A stretch of DNA of 64,000 nt. Origin: Eledone cirrhosa. Taxonomy: Eukaryota. Of this stretch, positions 53,460-64,000 are shown in pieces. Position 1 is the first letter of the stretch, and each line of letters begins with the position of its first letter. The stretch spans positions 53,506,001 to 53,570,000 of the forward strand of contig OZ024743.1 in NCBI GenBank assembly GCA_964016885.1, written 5' to 3'. The notes under the pieces were generated by a model, which was not told where the DNA came from, did no database searches, and saw only the letters and a program-made list of their open reading frames with translations. The position numbers and the translations under genes were made by a program.

Positions 53460-54170
53460 GTGCGTGTGTGTGTAAACCTTATGCATTTCTACAGTATTTT
53501 CACCAAACTTAAGACATAGGTTACTTATGTACTCCTGATGGTCATGGGCACTTTCATTTTTCCAGATATTGATTATAGAGCCTCCCAGCAGATAACCCCC
53601 TTCAACCACTTCCTTGGAGTCGACTGAAGCACTGCAGTGCAATGCAACAAAACGTCATAACTTCTGGAGTTCGCAACCGATTTTCACAAAACTTGACACA
53701 TGAGCTACGTTTGTTCTGCAGATGAATGTGAATTGGCACATATTTAGTAGGGGACCCCTGAGGACAAGAACCCTCTTTGGCAAAAAGCCGATGATTTTGT
53801 AAAAGTATAGTTTTCGAAGCAGCACTGAAGTATTGACGTAAATGGTATACATAACTGCTATTTAATACCTGAGCAACGCCGGGTACCTCTGCTAGTGTAT
53901 ATATAAAACTGTAGTTGTCTGTGTGTGTCATCATTTTTGCAAAGTCTATACAAATCCACATTTCTACTCCGATTAACTTCAAACTTGCATTTATATATTC
54001 CTTGCGGTCTAAAGATATTAACTGCATCTTTTATTTTTCAATTTTCTGTTGTTAAAGGGGTGTTAGGCGCCGGTTATCGATCTCCGTCGAGCTCTTATAA
54101 TATCTGTTTGTTTGTCTGACATTCTGACTAACACGTCATTGCTGACGTATTTTCTTCGCTACATTCACAC
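53460..54170 (+). mobile_element. Head-to-tail Helitron-like pieces (3' end at 53895, next 5' end at 53896)
   Basis: cctgagcaacgccgggtacctctgCTAG|Tgtatatataaaactg. Confidence 0.6.
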
Positions 54171-54258
54171 ACAAACACACATATATATACATATATACTT
54201 ATATATACATATATATATATATATACACATGTATACCTATACACACACATATATACAC

Positions 54259-54321
<63 letters not shown>

Positions 54322-54398
54322 CAAACACATATACACACATATATATATATATATACACATATACATATATATAAATATACACGTAAAAATATATGTAT

Positions 54399-54464
<66 letters not shown>

Positions 54465-54653
54465 GGAACCAGTAAGACCCCGACAGCTGAGCTCAAGCCG
54501 TTTCGACGGCTAATTCTGGACTGAATTAGCCGTCGAAACGGCTTGAGCTCAGCTGTCGGGGTCTTACTGGTTCCTATTACCCACTCTACTACCTCAAGTA
54601 TTGAGTACTTTGGTGCGTTATGGTCCACCTGGTTCCTTACCACTTTTCCTTCG

Positions 54654-54655
<2 letters not shown>
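54465..54655 (+). mobile_element. Fold-back PLE-tail element (family P), perfect ~54-bp arms
   Basis: ggaaccagtaagaccccgacagctgagctcaagccgtttcgacggctaattc-tggact-gaattagccgtcgaaacggcttgagctcagctgtcggggtcttactggttcc plus tail. Confidence 0.85.
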
Positions 54656-54740
<85 letters not shown>

Positions 54741-54923
54741 TAAATCTACCAATCAATGGAAGGATCTAAACCGTATGAAGAACTCAATGTAATCCGTATG
54801 TAGAAGATGTCGTGAAGCAAAGTTTAAAATACAAAATTTTCAACGATGTAATTCATTGGATACAGAGTCAAAAATAGAAATATTAAAACAATGAAATTAA
54901 ACAAAAAACGGTTAATTCATAGT

Positions 54924-55071
54924 AAAACTCATTATTTTACGATCGTTTCTGGGGGTAGTTCCCCGTATGTCCATTCAATTATTGATCTATGTAAAATATA
55001 TTACAAAATATCATAGTAAGAAAAAATACATACGTCTTCACTACCCACCGTCATCAGAAATAATGAGTTTT
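54924..55071 (-). ncRNA. Type-I hammerhead ribozyme with 14-bp stem I and ~100-nt stem II
   Basis: Minus strand: aaaactcattattt CTGATGA cggtgggtagt..cgtatgt...acatacg..actaccccca GAAAC gatc GTA^ aaataatgagtttt. Confidence 0.85.
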
Positions 55072-55185
55072 GTTTATTGAAGTATACAAAAAAACATACA
55101 TATGAATAAGTAACGTTTTATAACCAGGTTGAGGTTGATCAGTAGTAAGAAGAATATATATATATATATTAAAATAACATATTAA

Positions 55186-55235
55186 AGTTTAAGCAAAAAT
55201 CGCTGCTTTCAGCCTTAACGGGATCTTCTGAAACT
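55186..55235 (-). ncRNA. Hammerhead-like motif with CAGAAGA core (copy 3)
   Basis: agttt CAGAAGA tcccgttaaggct GAAA gcagcgatttttg CTT^ aaact. Confidence 0.5.
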
Positions 55236-55514
55236 AAAAAAAATCAATCTGTGAACGCAGAAGTCAATATTTTTAAAAACGTTGCAACCGAAGGAAGACA
55301 GGAAGATGATACTTTGGTTCGTGGAGACGTTCACTGGCAATGAACGGGAAAAAAGTGAAGATTATACGTCATTATTTGGAGCGGTGAGAACAATTTCACG
55401 CAAAGACAAAACCACGTTTATAGCATAAATGAAGTCGTAGACTAATATTCTATTTAGGTGGTTCGTGGAGACGTTCCCTGGCAATAAACGAAAAAGAAAA
55501 CGAAGATAATACGT

Positions 55515-57184
55515 ATCTAGATGATGCTACGTTGGGCGGACCCGTACGGACGGTCTGCCATGACCTTCAATCGGCGGTTCCTGCCCTGGCGGGAATCAGC
55601 CTCCAGGTCAACTCGGCCAAGTCGGAGGTGGTGAATGTCAGCCTCGATGCTGCGAGCTTTGCAGCCACCGTCTTGGACGTGCGGTCCATTCTCCGCCAGG
55701 TTCAGGTGACCCCCAAAGAGAATGTCCTCATCCTCGGGTCACCGATCCACGTGCCGGCCATCCGCTCCACCATCAGGTCCAGGCTTCAACTGCTCCAGAC
55801 TCTCACGAGCCGACTGGGCTTGATTGACGGCCATCCAGCTCTCTTTCTGCTGAGGAACTGCTTCGGCATGCCAAAGCTCCTCTATACACTCCACAGCACT
55901 CCATGCTACAACCAGACATCTCTCCTCGCTGACCTCGATACTTGTATCCGAGCAACAGCCGAGGGGATATGCAACGTCAAGTTTGACGACATAGGGTGGC
56001 AACAAACCACTTTACCTGTCAGGTATGGTACCCTTGGCCTCCGGTCCCTGATCTCACTAGCTTTTCCGGCGTATCTTTCGTCGGTAACCTCGTTCCGCGT
56101 CCTCGTCAGCAGGATTCTTCAAAACACAACAGAACCCTCTGTGTTCAGAGAACGTGAGGCCGCCTGTGAGACGTGGGACCGGCTGGGGCTTAACCCAGTA
56201 GACGTCCCTCCTCCTTCTCCCTCTGTTGACGTCAAGTCCCCCCAACGCACTTGGGATGCCATCCAGTGCATCCTGGCCTCAGACAGGCTCACGCGCCAGC
56301 TCGACCAGCACCACCTTGCTTGTTTTCGTGCGGCCTCCAAACCCCACAGTGGTACCTAGCTCCATGCCTTGTCCTCCTTCTCCACTGGCACGCAGCTAGA
56401 CAACCATAGCCTGTGAATCGGCGTTTCCCCGAGGCTCAGCCTCCGGATCTGCCAGCCACACCAATGTCGCTGCGGTTCCACCGTGGACTCATTCGGCCTC
56501 CACTCGCTTTCCTGTCGCCACAGTGCCGGCCGCTTTCCACGCCATGATGCCCTCAACGAGGTCATTAAGCATGGCTTGGACGCTGCAGGCTCTCCTTCCC
56601 AGCTCGAGCCGGTTGGTCTGGATCGAGGGGACGGCAAAAAGGCCAGATGGCATGACCATCCTCCCGTTCCGCGGTGGCAAACCCCTCGTCTGGGATGCCA
56701 CTTGCACCGACACTTTCTGCAGCCGCAACCTGGTGCAGTCTGCTACTAACTCAGGTTCTGCTGCACGTCGGGCTGAGGGGGCCAAACTCCTCAAATACCG
56801 GTCGCTCTCTGACAAGTTTGCGGTCGTACCCCTGGCAGTGGAGACTTCTGGTGTCCTCGGCCCCAAGGCGACCTCCTTACTCACCACAATAGGCGCTGAG
56901 CTGACCAGCCGCAGGTGTGAGCCCCGCGAGTTGTAGTGGCTTTTCCAGCACGTCTCCCTTGCCGTCCTCCGGGGAAACGCCTTCTCCATTCTGTCCGCCG
57001 GGGCTGTGGGTGATCCCCATCGCGTACCGTTGTAGTTGTTGTATATAGATATTAACTCATCAATCCCATTGTCCTAATCTGTTATTTTAAAACATATGTG
57101 TTATGTTATTCTACTGTAAATTTATTTATATGCTCTGTTTATATTTTCATTCAGAACATTTTTTGTATTCCACACTAAACAATC
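55515..57184 (+). mobile_element. 5'-truncated CRE-type non-LTR retrotransposon (RT C-terminal part, CCHC knuckle, restriction-like endonuclease)
   Basis: YLDD at the junction, LPVRYG.LG, C.C...D..GLH.LSC, RHD, RPDG.T..PF..G..L.WDAT, AE..K..KY, VPLAVETSG, L.RGNA. TSD aatacgt at 55508-55514 and 57185-57191. Stops at ~56357, 56414 and 56934, frameshift at ~56640. Confidence 0.85.
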
Positions 57185-57995
57185 AATACGTCATTATGTG
57201 GAGCGGTGAGAACAATTACACGCAAAGACAAAACCACGTTTATGGTATAAATGAAGTCGCAGACTAAAATTCTATTTAGGAAACCGAATGATTCTTGGCT
57301 TAGGTCGCTGTAACCCGTCTTTTATTATTCAAAAAACTTCTTGCCAATAAACATTAACCCTTTGTGCACCATTCATCTAACTGTAGACCAACAAATACCA
57401 AGTAAACGGAGCGTTGACAAGAACGATGGCGAATGAATCTTCGAGGTAAGCAGTTTCCTCCCGAGCTGTTAGTTCACGCGGGATGCTCTGCTACACCTTT
57501 TCGTAATAATACCGAACACACGTACTGCTGGTCACTCCTTCCTCCAAAAGCCGTACAAAGCGGACATGTGCATCGGGTAGATGGATCGGGTGCAAATCTA
57601 CACCAGGCCTACGAGAGAAATTCGCAAGGAACTGCACCGAGAGGGATAGAGAGAAAGAGTAACTTAGTGGAAAGAATGCGAATGAACTTTTGAGGTAAGT
57701 AACCTACGCCTTACTGCTATTGCACTGGAACCTTCTGCCAACTTAACCTGTGACTTTCTCTTTCACATTTATTCCAAAAGGCCAAAACAGAGGAGTATGA
57801 AAAGAAGGGGCTTAACAATATTTCTATGAACAATGCACGTAGACAGCTAAACTGTACTTTCAACTTCTTAATTTTCTCCAAATAAAACAAGTTTCCGGTA
57901 TATTTTCGTGAGTTTTTAACAGGCACTCACAAATAAACGTTTCTCATTGGAGGTGTTATTACCAATGTTCAACGCCGGGATAGGATACATTGCTA

Positions 57996-58033
<38 letters not shown>

Positions 58034-59096
58034 TATTTGGTAATACACTGTATGCTTAATTAAAAGCATTTTGAAGACCTAACGCTATTGTTTTAAAGTA
58101 GTGACTATGTCACTTACTTCTTTTTTTCAACAAACAAAGGGAGATAAGCTGACAGATCTCTGTTTCATACTATTGGTTTTCCTCACAGCTTAGTACTCCC
58201 CTTGTTTGTTGAGAATTATGAATGTTGAATTCTTATAGAATTCCAGTAATAATCAGGAACTGATTATACAGAGCGGTTGCCGGTCTAGCAAAAAATGAAA
58301 ATTAGAATTGGTGCTCTGAAATAGCGATGTATATATGAATGTATATATAGTGTATTTGGTAATACACTGTATGCTTAATTAAAAGCATTTTGAAGACCTT
58401 ACGCTATTGTTTTAAAGTAGTGACTATGTCACTTACTTCTTTTTTCGACTACTTTAAAACAATAGCGTAAGGTCTTCACAATGCTTTTAATACTAGGACA
58501 TCTTAACTATAATAAAGAAAGGAAGCGGGATTGCGTCCAGAATATATTTTTTTACCCCGTTTGTAAAATAAGTTGGATTACTTTGAATAAATAATGAATG
58601 AATATTACATAATTTATGTGCTAAATTTCGTGGCTGTTGATTAAATATATTTTATAGCTTATTTAAAGACCTTTAAAATTCACTTCTTTAAAATTTTCAA
58701 ATGTCAACACTTCCCGTTAGCAGCCGTTATATTGTAACACTATAATCGCATATATTTCCGTCGCTAATTTTCTCCTAATGCAGTTTATATATAATGTCGT
58801 CTTTTTTTAAATGTATCATGGATTACGTTACTGATTACAGAAGACAGTGTAACATAGACTTCGTTCAATTTGTGTGTATATTGTCAATTACGATTTTATT
58901 TGATGTATCATATCTACATGTATAGATACTTGCGTATAATATCAATATACACACTACACATGCTAGCAGAAAACCACCCGTGGGGTGGTTTTTCTGCTAG
59001 TGTCACTAATAAATCTTAGTTCTCATCTGCCTGTCTCAGTCGCTCTTTAATTTGATGAATTTACTCCACCATATGCGCGCAGAAATACACACACAT

Positions 59097-59132
<36 letters not shown>

Positions 59133-59839
59133 ACTCTCGCTCTCTCTCTCACACACACGCACACACAGAAAGAGAGAAGGAAACAAACGTATACGTATTG
59201 TTGAGGAGGCACCTGGCTTTGTGGATAGGTTGTTCGTCTCATGCTCACAAGTTCGATCCCCGTGGCGAACTGTATTGTTGAACTAGACGCTTTATTATAT
59301 ACGTGTATGTGTGTGTGAATGTGTGTGTGAATGTATGTATGTGTGAGTGTGTGCGTGTGTGAGTGTGTGTGTGTGCGTGAGTGTGCGTGTGTGCGTGTAC
59401 TTAAGCTACGCGTGGAAGTTTATAATAAATTGAAGTGAAAACCAACAGGTGTGTCTGTTTTTATTGACCCTCCCAAAGTTTAACAATATCTGTTTCAACA
59501 AATGCTTTCAGATAAGAAATTTTATAAAATAAATATATATATATATTTATATATACGTGTGTGGGTGGCGGGGTCTGTCTGTGAGTATTTGAGTATGTTT
59601 AATCCCATAATTTAGAAGTTCGATAAAAAGGCGTCGATGAATGAGGTACAATGTTTCAAAACAATAAATGTTGGGGTGGATATGATAAACTAAATCACTT
59701 TAAATCTCCCGATATGGCTGCAGTATAATGACTGCAACCAGTAAAAGAATATAAGATTAAAATAGCAACCTAGTATAAGAAACAACTGGATTAGGTTCAG
59801 TAGATATCGAAAAGGAAAATAAAATTATCTTTAACTATA

Positions 59840-60000
59840 CTCCCGGGCTCAAATAAAAGAGAGCGGGGATAATGGAGGGTGTTGAGTTTAGCAGGGAAGG
59901 GGGTTTCCGTTGTTTTTTTTTAAAACTAGAATTAGTAGTTTAGTTTACATATTAAGACAAACTAGAAAAATGACCGATTCTCGCCTATTTGGGACCTGAG
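59840..60000 (-). mobile_element. Internally deleted TA-MITE of the 27247 family
   Basis: TA|ctcccgggctcaaataa...tatttgggacctgag. Confidence 0.55.
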
Positions 60001-60197
60001 ATTTCATGATATGAAACATCATAACAAAGCATAGTAAACATTATGTCCATAGGACGTTCTCATATCTGCCAGAGCCAAAATCCATTTACCAGACACGAGA
60101 GCAGAGAATGGATCTCCGTCGGTTTCTATGATGAGTGTCCCAGCTGTTCTATCAACGGAACAACCAGCTAGTGAAATAAACGTGCTACCTTGGGGCC

Positions 60198-60329
<132 letters not shown>

Positions 60330-60730
60330 GATCTTCAGTGTCTTTAATTTGGATTACAGTCTTAACAAGGAAGACGTGTCTGAGTTCTCTGCCCCAACGA
60401 CCCTCGTGGGCGAAGAGGATTTTACACGTCACCTTTTTTTCAACAACGCCCATGAGAGAGAGGAAGCATGATCAATTGACCTACTAGAAATAGCAGCCAT
60501 ATCTCTCTTTATAAAAAAGGGAAACGTTGGATAATGTAGTCCAGGGTGCACAATGCAGAAAATAAAATGGGAGTACCAATGCTGAAATGTCTTTGATCAG
60601 AGGTCTACTCCATTAGGGCTCAATGTATAAACAGACAATCCGGTGGTTAAGTGGTGCCGACATGAACACAGACACACACACACTATCACAAACACACAAA
60701 CCGACACACCTATATATATATATATATATA

Positions 60731-61140
60731 GGAACCAGTAAGACCCCGACAGCTGAGCTCAAGCCGTTTCGACGGCTAATTCTGCGTCCAGAATTAGCCG
60801 TCGAAACGGCTTGAGCTCAGCTGTCGGGGTCTTACTGGTTCCTATTACCCACTCTACTACCTCAAGTATTGAGTACTTTGGTGCGTTATGGTCCACCTGG
60901 TTCCTTACCACATTTCCTTCGTTATATATATATATATATATATATATGAAAAGACTCAGGACCCTGACGGCAGAGCTCAAGCCATTTCGACGACTATTTC
61001 TGGTCCAGAAATAGCCGTCGAAACGGCTTGAGATCTGCCGTCGGAGTCCTGACTATTTTCCTATTACCCACTCTACTACCCAAAATATCGAGTACTCTGG
61101 TGCGTTATGGTCCACCTGGTTCCTTACCATTCTTCCTTCG

Positions 61141-61142
<2 letters not shown>
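60731..61142 (+). mobile_element. Two tandem fold-back PLE-tail elements (family P; 60731-60923 and 60948-61142) separated by (TA)n
   Basis: Each has palindromic arms centred on gacggct..agccgtc and the conserved tail. Confidence 0.85.
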
Positions 61143-61226
<84 letters not shown>

Positions 61227-62504
61227 AGTATATATATACAAATGTCTAATATTTCTTATGATAAACCTGAATAATTCATTTACAAATGCGGGAAAAGGGG
61301 ACATTTCGCGCTTGTGTGTGTGTATACATACATACATACATACATACACACATACATACATACATACATAATACATACATACATACACACATACATACAT
61401 ACATAATACATACATACATACATAAGTAATATATACATACGTATATGTTTGTATGTACGTGCGTGTGTATGCTTGTTGTTACGTGTTGAATCGGCCGTCT
61501 TTCTATCCATAAATCCAACATCCATGCACACATCCAAAACAGCCACTCATGCCCAGTTACCAACAGAGTAATTTAACAATCTATTTATCTCTGCTGTGCT
61601 GTTTATTTATTCAGTTTTCATACTTCAAAGCCAAACACCTGCTTAGAAAAAGATTCCCCCACAATACATCATAAATGACATTAAAGTTTGCCGCTTTGAT
61701 ATATCAAGTTAATCAAACTCTTTCAACTTTTTGTTGACGTCCTATAAAGGTGTGACAGAAAAAAACTAAGTACTTGAAAACTATATTTCTATATCATCTA
61801 ACTAGTTTGGGACGTTCTCATATTTGTGTGCGCAAACACACCTATTCACACACACACACAGACAAACAAACAGACACACACAGACACACATACACACAGC
61901 GACAGACAAACACACACAGACACACACACAAACACACACAGACACACGCACAGACTAACACACACACATACAAACACACACAAACACACAGACATAGACA
62001 CACACAGACATACACACACAAACACAGACACACACACTGACACACAGACGCACAGACACACACAAACACACACAAACACACACACAAAGTTGCTTGTACA
62101 CTCAGACACGTAGAAAACATACATATATAGAAGTCAAATAACTAAAATGGCCATATACAGTCTATTTGGTTTACCTGTGTTTAGAGCGTCTCATAAACCT
62201 AACTTTATTTTATGTCGTTTGCACACACCATCACACAAGGGAAGTTATAAACCCGTCACTACATACACGCCTACATACGTTTTACACCCTATTTTATTAG
62301 ACAGGATTCAAAGAAGTGTGTTCAGTATAAAAAAAACCGCAGGTACCCACCACTGAGGGTTTTAAAGAGGAGGAAATTTGTGGCTAAGCTTCGATTTCTG
62401 CGGAAAACATGGTCATCACAAAAAAAGAAAAAAAGAAAAAAAGAAAAAGAGCTATGTGAGAAAAAAAAAAAAGAAGCTGATTATTTGATTCTGAAATACA
62501 TGTA

Positions 62505-62789
62505 CTCTCGGGTATCGAATAATCTCCCCCCCCCCCCTCCACCCTGCTGCTTATTAAATTTTGCTAATCTCCGGCGAATTTTTATTTTATGATTAAAAAA
62601 AAAACTACATTACTAGAATTCCCATACGTTATAAAATAAATAGGATTGGTTGGAAGTCTCAATATATAAACTAAACGACTAATTCTGGTTTTAAAAATAA
62701 TCAACGGAGACAACCGAGAAAAATAACCGATTTTCCACCCGCAAACCCCCACTTATTCAAACTTTCCCTTATTATTTGAGTCCCGAGAG
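62505..62789 (+). mobile_element. TA-flanked MITE of the 27247 family
   Basis: TA|ctctcggg...cccgagag|TA. Confidence 0.8.
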
Positions 62790-63104
62790 TATTTGGTGTT
62801 CTCACGTGGCTGTTGAAGTAAATATGATATCATCACAGCTTAAATTGTTCACAATGAGAAAATTTATGTTTATTTTACATAAACATATCGTATATACTTT
62901 CTAATATGTATCGCGCCTTGTTAGCGCTATCGCTAATTAATACTAGTATTTTCACTATATGCAAATAAACCAACATCAAATGTTTGCAAAATCTAAATTT
63001 AAAAAGCATTAGCCACTCTACCTGTGTACCAAGCAAGTAAGCGTTACTGGTTAAGGATTAACAATCCTGAAATATTAAAATTTAGCGTTCCTATACAATT
63101 GTTT

Positions 63105-63335
63105 GGAGACGCATGGCCTAGTGGCATGTGCATTTCACTTACGATCATAATGTCATGGGTTCGATTCCTAGGCTGGGTCGTGTGTTGTGTTCTTGAGCAA
63201 AACACTTCATTTCACGTTGCCCCAGTATACTCAGCTGAAAATGTGATGGACTGGCGTCCCGTCCACGGGGGAGTTTTGCACTCACAGTCACTTAAACACC
63301 AGCCTGACGAGCCGCCTGGCTTGAGACATATTTTT
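63105..63335 (+). mobile_element. SINE family B
   Basis: tggcctagtgg A-box, ggttcgattcc B-box, gatggactggcgtcccgtcca segment. Confidence 0.8.
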
Positions 63336-63584
63336 AGATACGATTGCTGAGGTAGCTGTGATGCTTCCACTTTTCCGATGACAGGCGACGGGATTTGAAT
63401 TCAGAATCTACTGAGCAGTAACAGATACCGCAAATCACCTCGTTCCATACTTTATCGATTCCGCTAATCCACTGCTACTGGGATGCTATTTTATTTACCA
63501 GACCCGGAATGATAAAAAGCAAAGTTGACATCGGCAGTATTTTAACTCAGAGCACAAAAAGCCAGAACAAATTGCAAGACAGTT

Positions 63585-63962
63585 AATTCGACCTTGGGGT
63601 GGCTCGGCGAGTGTTTTTGAAGGAGCAGACAATATGGTTGATGTTGAGACGCCAGACGTCACAGTTCTCAGCTAGGGTGGACCACCGGTGATGGTCGATG
63701 TGACAGTCACCAAGGGATTTTTTTAAACAGTCCTTGTGTCGCTTCATTGGTGGCCCCCTGTCACAATGGCCGGCGGAGAGTTCACCGTACAGCGGGATAA
63801 TGAGCATGCCCTGCCTTGCGCAGTTGGGACTTCAGCAGCATCGCCTCAACGCGGTTGACCTCCGCCCGTTCGAGGACTTCAACATTGGTGACACAGTCTC
63901 TCCGATAGATGTTGAGGATGGGGCGGAGGTAGCGCTGGTGTATAGTTTTGGGAATATCTGTT
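63585..63962 (-). mobile_element. RTE (BovB-like) LINE fragment
   Basis: HQRYLRPILNI..RDCVTNVEVLERA...EAMLLKSQLR.AGH; LYGELSAG..DRG.P.KR.KDCLKKSL. Confidence 0.85.
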
Positions 63963-64000
63963 AGTGGGTTAACGGTCAACTTTGCCTTTCATTCTTTGAA

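Overview
Gene-poor, extremely microsatellite-rich eukaryotic DNA. The SINE, MITE and microsatellite make-up suggests an octopod cephalopod (inference). I found no convincing host protein-coding exon, and almost all ORFs in the supplied track are artefacts of (TA)n, (CA)n and (CT)n repeats. The real content is mobile-element debris: a near full-length frameshifted Penelope-like element (PLE, Neptune type, 30865-34590 minus) and a 5'-inverted partial copy; a 5'-truncated Naiad-type PLE; RTE LINE fragments; a decayed RNase H-bearing LINE; a GC-rich CRE-type retrotransposon with a 7-bp target-site duplication; tRNA-derived SINEs; non-autonomous Helitrons; and TA- and TTAA-flanked MITEs. The most striking signal is about 20 type-I hammerhead-ribozyme motifs from more than ten different sequence families. 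About 11 have a canonical core and a paired stem I. Most sit just upstream of a short tail ending in (TA)n. Some families carry non-canonical cores (CAGAAGA, CCGANGA, U3-A8) or very long stem II insertions. Several (TA)n-flanked fold-back palindromes are centred on, or end at, ribozyme helices or the predicted cleavage site. All structures were folded by eye and need computational and biochemical confirmation.
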